Source: an uncultured Muribaculaceae bacterium (GTDB taxonomy: Bacteria; Bacteroidota; Bacteroidia; Bacteroidales; Muribaculaceae). Taken from it: a stretch of DNA of 64,000 bases. The stretch spans positions 13,538-77,537 of the forward strand of contig CAZTFX010000003.1 in NCBI GenBank assembly GCA_964613095.1. The letters run 5' to 3'. Positions 1 through 10,320 of the stretch are shown here, piece after piece. The position numbers and the translations under genes are program-made. Each line of letters opens with the position of its first letter. Positions within the stretch are counted from its first letter, which is position 1. The notes beneath the pieces were generated by a model. It was not told the origin of the DNA and made no database searches. It saw nothing but the letters and a program-made list of their open reading frames with translations.

Positions 1-185
1 TTGTTCATCAAGCCGGCAAGAAAACCTTTATGATTTACAAGAAATGACACAAAATTTTGTCGTACCCATTCTTCTTGAGTGAGTACAACATATTTTCGTC
101 TTAAAGAATCAAAAATCAATTCCTTTTCTCCATCAATAGACACTCGCAAATCAGCAATTGGTAAATTCAGTTCGGTTCTTGTCAT
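1..185 (-). CDS. HsdR_N-domain (type I restriction enzyme R protein N-terminal domain) family protein, 5' part only, runs off the window
   Basis: Not in the ORF track because it is open at the window edge. Reverse-strand ATG at 185-183 gives MTRTELNLPIADLRVSIDGEKELIFDSLRRKYVVLTQEEWVRQNFVSFLVNHKGF... The ..LTxEEWVRQNF.. segment matches my recollection of the small HsdR_N-domain proteins often found next to holA in Bacteroidales. Confidence 0.5.
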   Translation of the reverse strand, partial: MTRTELNLPIADLRVSIDGEKELIFDSLRRKYVVLTQEEWVRQNFVSFLVNHKGFLAGLMN

Positions 186-243
186 TTTGCCATTTTAAAA
201 GAATTGTGTAAATTTACTGAAAATATTGAAGATTGAAGACATT

Positions 244-1269
244 ATGGCGGTAAAAAAAGAGACTTTATCCTATATTGAGATTTGCAATGATATTGCAAGT
301 GGCAAGTTTCAACCCATTTATGTGTTGATGGGGGAGGAATCCTATTATATTGACAGACTTGAAGACTTAATTGTGTCAAAAGCTCTTTCACCCGATGAAA
401 AAGAGTTCAATCTCACCATAGCATACGGTCTGGATACCGATATTCGCACAGTTATGAACGAATGCAAGCGGTATCCCATAATGTCACAATATCAAGTTGT
501 TATTTTGCGTGAAGCACAAAACAATAAAGAACTTGATTTGCTTCGATTATATGCCGAAAAACCATTGGAATCCACTATACTTATAATTTGTCACAAGCAC
601 TCCAATATTAAGGCTCCTGAATTTCTTAAGGAACTGAAAACAAAATCATCAGGAGTGGTTTTTGAATCAAAAAAGATAAGCGAAAACAATGTAGGGCAGA
701 TTATCACTGATTACGTAAGTTCAAAAGGAGGTAAAATAGATTCTAAGGCAACAGCCATGCTGAAAGATTTTGTTGGTACCGACTTGGCTCGTATATTTGG
801 TGAAGTGGACAAATTGTTTATTTTATTGGGAAACAATAAACTTATTACTCCCGAAATAATTGAACGAAACATAGGAATAAGCAAAGACTTCAACAATTTC
901 GAATTGGAAAATGCAATTCGAAACAAGAATGCACTCAAAGCAAACCAAATAATAAATTATTTCGAGAAGAATCCCAAAAGTAATCCTACCGTACTCACCA
1001 TAGGATTATTGTTTTCGTTCTTCTCCAATTTATTGCTCGCTCGCACGGCAAAAGTTAAAACAGAGCAGGGGATAATGGACGAAATAGGAACAAAATCGCC
1101 TTATAGAGCTAAAATGTTCATTGAGGCTATGAAATATTATTCTACGGCAGGTTGTGTGAATATAATAGGATATTTGCGTGAATTTGACACTAAATCCAAG
1201 GGTATAAACTCTCGTCAAAACGAATATCAACTCCTCCGTGAGTTAATCTACAAAATCCTTCACTCTTGA
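244..1269 (+). CDS. holA: DNA polymerase III subunit delta
   Basis: The ~340-aa ORF has the N-terminal FQPIYVLMGEESYYID clamp-loader delta signature and typical length. ATG at 244 is preferred over the TTG at 226 used by the track. Confidence 0.85.
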   Translation: MAVKKETLSYIEICNDIASGKFQPIYVLMGEESYYIDRLEDLIVSKALSPDEKEFNLTIAYGLDTDIRTVMNECKRYPIMSQYQVVILREAQNNKELDLLRLYAEKPLESTILIICHKHSNIKAPEFLKELKTKSSGVVFESKKISENNVGQIITDYVSSKGGKIDSKATAMLKDFVGTDLARIFGEVDKLFILLGNNKLITPEIIERNIGISKDFNNFELENAIRNKNALKANQIINYFEKNPKSNPTVLTIGLLFSFFSNLLLARTAKVKTEQGIMDEIGTKSPYRAKMFIEAMKYYSTAGCVNIIGYLREFDTKSKGINSRQNEYQLLRELIYKILHS

Positions 1270-1422
1270 TATACCAAAAGCAATTCGGCTGAAAGCTGGT
1301 ATTTCCATAACCATAGATATAGTCCAATTGGACATTTTTTCTCATGATACTCAGCTATAAAAATACTACATTGCAGGTGATTCTGCAACGTAGTGTGTAT
1401 ATTTGTTGCTTATAGTTTTGGA

Positions 1423-3327
1423 TCAATAATCGCGAACGGGACGGACTGACAACCCCCAACTACGATCAAATCCTGTTGTGTAGTGACTTTCAGCTCCTCC
1501 AAAATAATCAAAATGCAAATACCACGAATACTGTTTCTCACTTAATGAACTACTCCAATAGAAACCGTAGCACATAGGAGATTGACTTCCAATAGAAGTA
1601 CCGACGTAAAAACCATCAAATGGCATGAATATTGCATTTCCATTAGAACCAGTAATTTTAAGTCCATTACATAAATTTTTATTACTATATTCTTTTTTGT
1701 CTTTATAACTATAATATTCAAATTTACATTTAGAAACCAATTCATCAAACTCGTCCTTAGTTGGCATGCGCCAACCGTTACCCCATTTAACAGTTGCCAC
1801 ATCATATTGGGTTCCGCTGATATTATCACCTATATTTACATATCCGATACTATCATTATAGTATTTATAGGTTTCTTCTGAGTAATCACTCTTTTCTTCT
1901 GTTTCCCCCCATGCATAATAACCACCATCCTGTTCAGGAGAAGTGGCTCCAACATTCCATCCTGCCCATTTTACTGACAAGCCTAAATCAACCTCTTGAC
2001 CTGGTGTTATTTCATCTACTGTAGTAAAAGATAAAACTTCACCATAATAATAGTCAATATCATCTATACTTACGTATGCACGATAGTAATAAGTAACAGC
2101 TCCACTTAAATTGGTTATAGCAACAGTGAAGTCTCCGTTAGTACTTTGTTCGCTTAAAACAAACTCACAGTTATCTAGCGTATTGTTACAACTATAAGCA
2201 ACACCTATTTTTACATAATTAGAACGTAGAGCTTCAAGATTATTCACACTACCGCTTATTGTCGCTGACATACCAGTTATATTTGATGCAGCTCCAGTGA
2301 TCACAATAACTTTTTTTGTGGTAAATGATGAAACTTCGCCATAATAAGCTTCATCATCTATTATTACACATGTTCGATAGTAATAAGTAGTGCCATCGTT
2401 TAAGTTGGCTAAATATACGGTAAATTCTCCATTAGTGTTATTATCGCTTTTAACGATAAGACTATTTTCAATACTTGGTATGGAATCGGTATCACTGTAA
2501 ACAACACCTATTTCAACATTGTCTCCTTCTTCGGTTACCAAATTCTCAACACTTCCGCTTACAGTTGCCGATACACTTGTAATATCGGTTGCAGAACCGG
2601 TAGTTACTATAATAGCTCTTGTAGCGAACGATAACACTTCGCCATAGTAAACGTTATTGTCGGTTATTGCGTATGAACGATAGTAATAAGTAGCACCGTC
2701 GTTTAAGTTGGCTAAAGAAATGGTAAATTCTCCGTCTGCTTTATTATCGCTTTTAACGATAAGACTATTTTCAATACTTGGTATGGAATCGGTATCACTG
2801 TAAACAACACCTATTTCAACATTGTCTCCGTCTTCGGTTACAAGATTTTCAACACTTCCACTTATGGTAACGGTTGAATTTGTTATGTTTGTGGCGCTTC
2901 CGGTAGTTACTATAATAGCTCTTGTAGTGAACGATAATACTTCGCCATAGTAAACGTTATTGTCGGTTATTACGTATGAACGATAGTAATAAGTAGTACC
3001 GTCGTTTAAGTCGGATAAGGATACAGTAAATACTCCTTCTGTATTGCTATCACTTAAAACTGTGACACCATTATCTATATTCGGGATGGAATCGGTACTG
3101 CTGTAAACTATTCCTATTTCAACATTGGTTCCGTCTTCGATTATAAGTTCTTCAATGTAACCGCTTACAGTTGCTGATACACTTGTTATATCGGTTGCTG
3201 CTCCGGCGGTTATTATTACTGATTCTTCTATAGGAGCTTCTTGCTCATAGATGTATTTACTATCTATACACGAATTGTAGCACAATAGCAGAGCAAGCAA
3301 TAACACTGATTTCAATAGTTTTTTCAT
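1423..3327 (-). CDS. cell-surface lipoprotein with four tandem ~100-aa Ig/FN3-like repeats and a C-terminal DUF1566/FISUMP-like domain
   Basis: Signal peptide with Cys (MKKLLKSVLLLALLLCYNSC). Four repeats of ..TGSATDITSVSATVSGSVENL..GVVYS..TYYYRSY..YYGEVLSFTT. The C-terminal part has GYYAWGE, WRMPTKDEFDEL and YWSSS motifs, typical of the Fibrobacter-paralogous/DUF1566 fold. Confidence 0.6.
   Translation of the reverse strand: MKKLLKSVLLLALLLCYNSCIDSKYIYEQEAPIEESVIITAGAATDITSVSATVSGYIEELIIEDGTNVEIGIVYSSTDSIPNIDNGVTVLSDSNTEGVFTVSLSDLNDGTTYYYRSYVITDNNVYYGEVLSFTTRAIIVTTGSATNITNSTVTISGSVENLVTEDGDNVEIGVVYSDTDSIPSIENSLIVKSDNKADGEFTISLANLNDGATYYYRSYAITDNNVYYGEVLSFATRAIIVTTGSATDITSVSATVSGSVENLVTEEGDNVEIGVVYSDTDSIPSIENSLIVKSDNNTNGEFTVYLANLNDGTTYYYRTCVIIDDEAYYGEVSSFTTKKVIVITGAASNITGMSATISGSVNNLEALRSNYVKIGVAYSCNNTLDNCEFVLSEQSTNGDFTVAITNLSGAVTYYYRAYVSIDDIDYYYGEVLSFTTVDEITPGQEVDLGLSVKWAGWNVGATSPEQDGGYYAWGETEEKSDYSEETYKYYNDSIGYVNIGDNISGTQYDVATVKWGNGWRMPTKDEFDELVSKCKFEYYSYKDKKEYSNKNLCNGLKITGSNGNAIFMPFDGFYVGTSIGSQSPMCYGFYWSSSLSEKQYSWYLHFDYFGGAESHYTTGFDRSWGLSVRPVRDY
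2008..3216 (-). repeat. 4 x ~300/303-bp in-frame tandem repeat inside the lipoprotein gene
   Basis: Repeat units are visible at DNA level. For example, ttatcgcttttaacgataagactattttcaatacttggtatggaatcggtatcactgtaaacaacacctatttcaacattgtctcc occurs at about 2441-2526 and again 303 bp later at about 2744-2829. Confidence 0.85.
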
Positions 3328-3362
3328 ATATTTTATGTGTTATATATGTTTATATTCTTGTT

Positions 3363-4238
3363 TTAGAACTCTATTCCCACCGAGAAACTGTATTCAAAGT
3401 AAAATTTATCGGGATTGCCTTCTAACGGATTCATGAAATAAATTCTTTCTTGATTCAGGTCGCAACCCAACTCGGCTCCCAAATAGAATTTACGGTATTT
3501 TATGCCTAATCCCACTTGTGCTCCCGGATTGAACCATTTATTTTCCAATTCGTCATCGACGTCAAATACTATTTCATCGTCACCATTCAGAATTTCGGAT
3601 TTTATATATGCTCTTGTGAATACTCCCACGTATGGAGATATGGTTACATTGTTTATTGCAATGTTATATGCTATATTGGCAAAAAATGATAGCGAATGAT
3701 TATTAGATTGCATATCATACATTTCCATATTGTCAACTGTGTGGTTTAATTTGGCTCCGAGTTCTACACTGAACTTATCGCTGAAATTATAACCATGAAG
3801 ATAGTATATAGAAATGCCTATAGCTCCGTAAGAATCATAGGACATGTTTTGGTCATCATTTATTGTAGGTATCAACTGTGGATTATAGGAATAGGAAATG
3901 CGATTGTAATGCTTGGACTTCGCGTTTTTCAGATAAATAACTCCCACGTCGATTGTTACGCTATCTTCGGCAATTGTTAAATCTTGGTTATAATTGCTGT
4001 GTCCAAGACTTTTGACATGGAGACGATCTTGACCGCTTTGAACATTGGGGATTACAAAACAACCGTCGAAATCGGTGTGAACGCCGATGTTTTGATTCAT
4101 TAGCGTTACGATAGCACCGATTATAGGCTCGTTGGTTTTCTTGTCATATACATATCCCTTGATACTTGCAGCATTGGCATTAATGGTAATAATTGTTCCG
4201 ATAATTAACAATATTATCGACGTAGTAGGTTTTCTCAT
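3363..4238 (-). CDS. CarboxypepD_reg-like domain fused to an outer-membrane beta-barrel
   Basis: Signal peptide, then IKGYVYDKKTNEPIIGAIVTL..TDFDGCFVIPNV (carboxypeptidase-regulatory-like fold). The C-terminal half alternates aromatic and glycine residues like a barrel and ends in ..VGIEF (terminal Phe). ATG at 4238 (MRKPTT) is as likely as the one at 4250. Confidence 0.55.
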   Translation of the reverse strand: MRKPTTSIILLIIGTIITINANAASIKGYVYDKKTNEPIIGAIVTLMNQNIGVHTDFDGCFVIPNVQSGQDRLHVKSLGHSNYNQDLTIAEDSVTIDVGVIYLKNAKSKHYNRISYSYNPQLIPTINDDQNMSYDSYGAIGISIYYLHGYNFSDKFSVELGAKLNHTVDNMEMYDMQSNNHSLSFFANIAYNIAINNVTISPYVGVFTRAYIKSEILNGDDEIVFDVDDELENKWFNPGAQVGLGIKYRKFYLGAELGCDLNQERIYFMNPLEGNPDKFYFEYSFSVGIEF

Positions 4239-4365
4239 ATCCGTTTGCACACTTTTTAGTTAAAAGTAGTGCAAATTTAATAAAAAGGGGCGGTCCTCCC
4301 AATTTGTAAAAATATGTTAATTCAATTATCTTTATCTCTTTTATAGTCAATAAAATCGATTACGT

Positions 4366-5055
4366 TTACTTTAAACGGTACATGTAGCCAAGTGTTATCA
4401 TAATAGACATTCCTGTTGATGCAGAGAAAGCATCACGCTTTCTACTACCAAAGGCATTTCCCAATCCATAATAAAAGCGTCCCTCAAGCATAAATGAATG
4501 TTTGCGTTTGGCAATAAATTCCATTCCGGCTCCCACACTTATACCATAATCTATTTTATTCTTTACAGGAAGTGTCAATTGGTCGTTATTCCTATTAATA
4601 ATGGGAAATCCATCAATATTGGCAATATTATTTACATCAAAATTGGCTGAAGTGGATTCACCTATCATAAAACCAATTTCGGGTCCGGCATTAAAAAATC
4701 CTCTCACTTTAGAACTTCCAAAGAAAATATGTGTCATGATAGGTACTTGCACATAAGTGAGCTTACGCGAATATTGGAACGGTGCTTCTTCAAAGTCTTC
4801 TTTCCACCCGCGTTGAGCAATGTTTAATTCGGCTAAAAGACCAAAATTTTTCTCTTCGGCATATCTGAAAACCACCCCTGCCATATATCCCGACAACATG
4901 GATTGCGGTACAGAAGGGGAGAACATGACGCGCGACAGGGTCATACCCGCTTTAGCTCCAACACTTACTCGTGACTCATAAAGAGTTTGTGCATTTATGA
5001 TAGGTGATACGCAAAATGCCAAAATTACAAATGATATGAATTTTATTATTTTCAT
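4366..5055 (-). CDS. small outer-membrane beta-barrel protein (porin-family / PorT-like)
   Basis: 229 aa with a signal peptide (..PIINAQ) and alternating beta-strand pattern. The size and pattern resemble the PorT/OprF-like 8-10 strand barrels of Bacteroidota. Its start overlaps the upstream gene by 4 bp. Confidence 0.5.
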   Translation of the reverse strand: MKIIKFISFVILAFCVSPIINAQTLYESRVSVGAKAGMTLSRVMFSPSVPQSMLSGYMAGVVFRYAEEKNFGLLAELNIAQRGWKEDFEEAPFQYSRKLTYVQVPIMTHIFFGSSKVRGFFNAGPEIGFMIGESTSANFDVNNIANIDGFPIINRNNDQLTLPVKNKIDYGISVGAGMEFIAKRKHSFMLEGRFYYGLGNAFGSRKRDAFSASTGMSIMITLGYMYRLK

Positions 5056-7058
5056 TTTACTACAGTTTCTATTTTACCATCAGGTGTAAAATGTACAAAA
5101 TATACATATTTATTTACAAAACCACTCCAATTATTTATTCTTTCAAACTTAAACGAACTTTGCAGACCTCTATAATCGTCATTGACTCTACTAAAGTCCT
5201 TACCATTCTTACATAAAGTATCCAAGAAAAATTTACCGGTATCATAACCCAAATAGCCAAATTGGGGTGCTGCGTTCATCAAATTCTCTCCATACCAATT
5301 TCTATATTCATTTTCAAATGATTCAACTCTATAATCTTGCTGATTCACAAAAAATCTGGTATAGAAATAAGTGTCGGTTGCATGAAAATCTTCTTTCCAA
5401 TCATCCATATATGTAACCCATTCGGGATATCCCAACACCGAAATATCGATATCAATTCTGTCTTCTTTCAATTTTTTCACAACAGGCAATAATTGTGACA
5501 TTACCGATTTACTTCCTGTTGTTGGAATAAACAAATATTTTTTGATAGGCTCCATCTTTTCTACAATAGCATCATAAGTTATAGTTGACTGATATTCAAT
5601 AGTCTGCACGACCTTATTTTGTTGTTCCAAATGAGTCTTTAAATCGGTTGCCAAATCTTTTTTATTGCTTCCCTTTTTATGTATAAACACAACTTCGTAA
5701 TTATCAAATTCGGTATCAAACCAATCGCAAATATCGGCATGCATATAGTTCTGCGGTATATTTATTTGGAATATATATGGATTGGTGTTATAACTTTCAT
5801 TTTTCAATGAAAATGTATTTATAAGATATATTCTGTTTTCCTGACAAAATTGAGCCAATACGTTTAAATGTTCTATTCCATCTGGTGCAAAAATCACATC
5901 CATTTCTTTCATTTTAGGATAGGACAAAATTTGCTCCAAAACATTCAAATTACCCTTTGTATCAAAAGTGTGAACATTAATTTTATTATTGCAATTGCTA
6001 TTTACGTCTTTAACCGCCAACAGAAAACCTTTATAGAACTCTGTGTAAAGCAATGCCGACTTGGATGGAGTAGTATCATTCAGCATATATGGTAATAACA
6101 AAACAACGTTAACCTCATGATCAGCATTATTGTGTACAGAGTCATATATCTCTTTTATGCGTTCTGAGTTATTATTGCTTAATTCCGGTTCAGTACCTTC
6201 GCTTATTGCAACCCTTACAGAGTCCTTATACTCTTTAGGCAATTGTATGGTTATACCTTCCTTTACCTTATCTGTGTTAGGATTAGCAGCTTTTAAATCA
6301 TCAACATCCAAACCTTCTCTTTTAGCAATTTTTTTATAATTATCTCCTTTTTGAGCTACATAAGGAATCATTGTTGTTACTGTAGTTTCAATCATTTCCG
6401 ACTCCACTGTATTGGGTGCAATTCTTATCACTTCATTAACCTTAAAATTGGTAGGAGATATACCGGGATTTAATGATAATATTTTATCAATACCTGTATT
6501 ATATTTCTTTGATAAACTATATAATGTTTCACCTTTGGCTATAGTGTGATATATAATATTATCATTTTTCTTGATAGAATTCTTTTTTAAGGATATTGTA
6601 TCGGTAATATTTGTATTATCCGGTTGGGGTATAGTTAATATTTGCCCTGCATTCAATCCTCCATTTGCAGTCGGGTTCAGTGCTACAATAGCTTCTTGAG
6701 AAACATTATATATCTTGGATAAACCGTATAATGTTTGTCCTTTTTCAACGATATGAGTAAAATTATTGGTTACAGTATTATTTTCACTATTTTCAGTTTG
6801 GGTATCTATCAAATCAACCGGTATCAATAGAATATAATCTTTTTTCAATCCATTAACGATAGATGGATTGAACTTTTTCAAGTCGTCTTGTGATATATTT
6901 AATTTTTTAGATATGCCAAAAATAGTTTCTTTAGCCTGCACTTTATAACAATAAAAATCATTGCTACCTATCGTTTTTTTAGGTAAATTCAAAGAATAGG
7001 CGTATGCACAAGCTATAAAAAAAGCTAAAACTATTATATATAATCGTCTCAATTTCAT
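5052..7058 (-). CDS. LysM-repeat protein with a C-terminal periplasmic-binding-protein-like domain
   Basis: Four LysM units are present (YKVQAKETIFGISKKL.., HIVEKGQTLYGLSKIY.., HTIAKGETLYSLSKKY.., YVAQKGDNYKKIAKRE..), followed by about 370 aa of PBP1-like sequence. ATG at 7058 (MKLRRLY, signal peptide) is preferred over the TTG at 7079. Confidence 0.7.
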   Translation of the reverse strand: MKLRRLYIIVLAFFIACAYAYSLNLPKKTIGSNDFYCYKVQAKETIFGISKKLNISQDDLKKFNPSIVNGLKKDYILLIPVDLIDTQTENSENNTVTNNFTHIVEKGQTLYGLSKIYNVSQEAIVALNPTANGGLNAGQILTIPQPDNTNITDTISLKKNSIKKNDNIIYHTIAKGETLYSLSKKYNTGIDKILSLNPGISPTNFKVNEVIRIAPNTVESEMIETTVTTMIPYVAQKGDNYKKIAKREGLDVDDLKAANPNTDKVKEGITIQLPKEYKDSVRVAISEGTEPELSNNNSERIKEIYDSVHNNADHEVNVVLLLPYMLNDTTPSKSALLYTEFYKGFLLAVKDVNSNCNNKINVHTFDTKGNLNVLEQILSYPKMKEMDVIFAPDGIEHLNVLAQFCQENRIYLINTFSLKNESYNTNPYIFQINIPQNYMHADICDWFDTEFDNYEVVFIHKKGSNKKDLATDLKTHLEQQNKVVQTIEYQSTITYDAIVEKMEPIKKYLFIPTTGSKSVMSQLLPVVKKLKEDRIDIDISVLGYPEWVTYMDDWKEDFHATDTYFYTRFFVNQQDYRVESFENEYRNWYGENLMNAAPQFGYLGYDTGKFFLDTLCKNGKDFSRVNDDYRGLQSSFKFERINNWSGFVNKYVYFVHFTPDGKIETVVK

Positions 7059-7113
7059 ATTGTAACAATATTTATCCAACTAATATACAAAGGTACATTA
7101 AAAAAATGAAAGT

Positions 7114-7153
7114 ATAAAAAATGGCGACGCAAACATTGCGTCGCCATTCATTT
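7114..7153 (-). terminator. intrinsic terminator downstream of the phospho-sugar mutase gene
   Basis: 11-bp perfect stem aatggcgacgc (7120-7130) / gcgtcgccatt (7138-7148), flanked by an A-run on the plus strand (a U-run on the minus-strand transcript). Confidence 0.8.
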
Positions 7154-7170
7154 TTATGATTTATTAGATA

Positions 7171-8919
7171 TTAAATACCTAGTTCTTTTGCTATTATAGT
7201 CAATTTTTCTTCAGCAGCCACATTTGTTGCTTCATATTCTTCAGCCGAGTTCAATGTACCATGAACTTCCATGTAGAATTTAATTTTAGGTTCTGTTCCC
7301 GACGGACGAATGGAAACTTTTGTACCATCTTCAGTGAAATATTGAAGAACATTTGAAGTTACCGGCATATCTAGTTTTTCTACTGTTCCGGTCTTCATAC
7401 ATTTAGCTTCAAGTGTTGCAAAATCCTTTACAATAACCACAGGAGAACCTCCCAATGTTTTCAATGGATTTTCACGGAATTGCTTCATGATAGCAGCAAT
7501 TTCTTCGGCTCCGGATTTACCTTTACGTACCAATGAAACACCTTTTTCTTTTGAATATCCATATGTCTTATAGATATCAATCAACATGGCATTCATATCC
7601 ATACCTTTTTCTTTACCCCATGCAGCAATTTCAGCCATCAAAGATACAGCAGAAACAGCGTCCTTGTCGCGCACAAAGTCTTCTGCAAGGAAACCGTAAC
7701 TTTCTTCTCCACCACCAAGATAGCGAGCTTTACCTTCGTTTTCTCTCATCACAGTTGCAATCCACTTGAAACCTGTGAAGCAGTCATACATCTTAATGTT
7801 TTGCTTTTCAGCTATATTCTTAATAGTATCAGTTGTAACGATAGTCTTAACAATATATTCTTTGCCTGTAAGAGTTCCCAGTTCTTGATTTCTTTGCATT
7901 AAATAGTATAAGAAAATCATTACGATTTGGTTACCATTAAGCAATTCATATTCACCCTTTAAATTTTTAACAACAACGCCAACACGGTCAGCGTCAGGAT
8001 CGGAAGCCATAATAATATCAGCATCTACTTCTTTTGCCTTTGCTATTGCCATTGCCATTGCCGACGGAACTTCCGGATTAGGTGATTCAACGGTTGGGAA
8101 GTCTCCACTTTGAATATCTTGCTCCGGAACATGAATAACATTTTCAAATCCCCACAATGCAAGAGAACGTGGAATAAGATTTTTACCTGTACCATGTATT
8201 GGGGTGTAAACAATCTTCATATCCTTTTGACGTGCAATTACATCAGGACTTAAAGACAATGTCTTTATACGATCAAGATATATCTTATCAATATCTTCAC
8301 CAATTATTGTAATAAGTTCAGGATTTCCGGCAAATTTAATTTCCTTTATCCCTTGAATCTTATTTACATAATCGATTGTATTGGTATCATGTGGAGCAAC
8401 CATTTGTGCACCATCTTCCCAATATGCTTTATATCCGTTATATTCTTTTGGATTGTGAGAAGCTGTGATTACAACTCCACTTTGACAACCTAATTCTCGA
8501 ATTGCAAATGAAATTTCCGGAGTAGGGCGACAATCTTCAAAAAGATATACCTTAATACCATTGGCAGAAAAAATATTTGCTGTGATTTCAGCAAATTTAC
8601 GGCTGTTATTACGCACATCATGACCAACAACAACCTTTATTTCATCTTTATCCTTAAATGCGTCTTTCAAATAATTAGCAAGCCCCTGTGTTGCTGAACC
8701 AACAGTATAAATGTTCATGCGATTAGAGCCTACACCCATAATCCCACGCAAACCACCTGTTCCAAATTCCAAGTCCTTATAAAAACACTCAATCAATTCG
8801 GTTTTATCCTCACATTCAAGCATTTTTTTCACTTCGGCACGTGTTTCTTCATCATAATCTTCACTTAACCAAGCGGTAGCTTTCGTAGTAACAGATTTAA
8901 TTAATTCTTCATTTTCCAT
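7171..8919 (-). CDS. phosphoglucomutase / phospho-sugar mutase (alpha-D-phosphohexomutase family)
   Basis: 582 aa with the active-site phosphoserine loop TASHNPKEYNGYK, the metal loop ASDPDADR and the sugar loop GGEESYG. Confidence 0.9.
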   Translation of the reverse strand: MENEELIKSVTTKATAWLSEDYDEETRAEVKKMLECEDKTELIECFYKDLEFGTGGLRGIMGVGSNRMNIYTVGSATQGLANYLKDAFKDKDEIKVVVGHDVRNNSRKFAEITANIFSANGIKVYLFEDCRPTPEISFAIRELGCQSGVVITASHNPKEYNGYKAYWEDGAQMVAPHDTNTIDYVNKIQGIKEIKFAGNPELITIIGEDIDKIYLDRIKTLSLSPDVIARQKDMKIVYTPIHGTGKNLIPRSLALWGFENVIHVPEQDIQSGDFPTVESPNPEVPSAMAMAIAKAKEVDADIIMASDPDADRVGVVVKNLKGEYELLNGNQIVMIFLYYLMQRNQELGTLTGKEYIVKTIVTTDTIKNIAEKQNIKMYDCFTGFKWIATVMRENEGKARYLGGGEESYGFLAEDFVRDKDAVSAVSLMAEIAAWGKEKGMDMNAMLIDIYKTYGYSKEKGVSLVRKGKSGAEEIAAIMKQFRENPLKTLGGSPVVIVKDFATLEAKCMKTGTVEKLDMPVTSNVLQYFTEDGTKVSIRPSGTEPKIKFYMEVHGTLNSAEEYEATNVAAEEKLTIIAKELGI

Positions 8920-9010
8920 AATAACAAATGTATTTTTATTTTTAATAATTTATTTATTGTCAAGTAAGTACAAAAATAGAGCTTTTTGAACTAATTAGCA
9001 AATATAAGGA

Positions 9011-10303
9011 TTAACAACTGAAAAAATATTTCATCACCTTAATCATATTACAATGATCGGATACCGAAGCTGTTTCTCTTACCGAGTGCATTGCCCATAA
9101 AGCATTACCGACATCGACACCCTCGATATCAATTTGTGACGTAAGTATATTACCTAAAGTAGAGCCTCCTGCTACATCGGAATGATTCACAAAATATTGA
9201 TAAGGAGAGCCTGCCTCTTCGCATAGACTACGGAAAATTGCGGCTGAATGTGCGTCACTCATATACTTACAATTGGCATTAATCTTTATTACCGGTCCTG
9301 CTCCAATAGCCGGATGATTAGTAGGATCATATTTTTCAGCATAATTAGGATGGAACGCATGTGCATTATCAGCAGATATCATAAAAGATTTAGCTATTGC
9401 TCTATGAAAATCTTCGGTATTTCCCTCTAAAGCAATATTGATTCTTTCTAAAATATTTTTAAGAACAGGAGAAGCAGCTCCTTGCTTTGTTCCACTACCG
9501 GTTTCTTCGTTATCAAAAACAGCCATTACACAAGTTGCTTTTTTATCAGTACCTTCAATCATAGCTGTAAGTGCAGCATGAGCCATACTTAAATCATCTA
9601 GTCTACCCGAAGATATAAATTCTTCATGTAATCCTACTAAATTAGCCTTTTGAACATCATATACCAATAAATCGAAATCCAATATATTATTTATATTAAC
9701 ATTCAACTCTTTAGCAATTGTATTTAATAATATATTGTCTTTTTCAGCAGCATCGTTGAATATACCAAGTACCGGAAGCATATCTTTCTGTTTCGACAAA
9801 GGATTTCCCTCATTTACAGCACGATTAAAATGTATTGCAAGATGTGGGATAAGTAAAATGGGACGATCTATTTTTATGATTTTTGTAACAGGTTTCAGTG
9901 CATTTTCACCTTTTAAAACCACACGACCGGCTACCGATAACGGTCTGTCGAACCATGTATATAAAATAGGACCACCATATACTTCGGTATTTAATTTCAC
10001 AATACCTTTTTCACTCTTTATTTCAGCATTCGGTTTAATTCTAAAACAAGGTGAATCACTATGAGCTGCAATTATTTTAAATCCCGTCTCTGAAAGTGTC
10101 TCAGTTCCAAGAGAGAACGCAAAAACGGCTGTATCGTTCTTTGTCGTATAATACTTTCCACCTTTTTGCAGTAACCAAGATTCAGCTAAATCCAATTCTT
10201 TGAAACCTGCATTATTCAATTCTTTCTTAATAGTTTTTACGGCACAAAAATTACATACACTACTATCAAGAAAATTCATTAATGATTCTACGTATTTTTC
10301 CAT
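9011..10303 (-). CDS. M18 family aminopeptidase
   Basis: 430 aa. AAHSDSPCFRIKP and FDNEETGS motifs are typical of aspartyl/M18 aminopeptidases. Confidence 0.8.
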   Translation of the reverse strand: MEKYVESLMNFLDSSVCNFCAVKTIKKELNNAGFKELDLAESWLLQKGGKYYTTKNDTAVFAFSLGTETLSETGFKIIAAHSDSPCFRIKPNAEIKSEKGIVKLNTEVYGGPILYTWFDRPLSVAGRVVLKGENALKPVTKIIKIDRPILLIPHLAIHFNRAVNEGNPLSKQKDMLPVLGIFNDAAEKDNILLNTIAKELNVNINNILDFDLLVYDVQKANLVGLHEEFISSGRLDDLSMAHAALTAMIEGTDKKATCVMAVFDNEETGSGTKQGAASPVLKNILERINIALEGNTEDFHRAIAKSFMISADNAHAFHPNYAEKYDPTNHPAIGAGPVIKINANCKYMSDAHSAAIFRSLCEEAGSPYQYFVNHSDVAGGSTLGNILTSQIDIEGVDVGNALWAMHSVRETASVSDHCNMIKVMKYFFSC

Positions 10304-10320
10304 ATTTTATATTGGTATTA

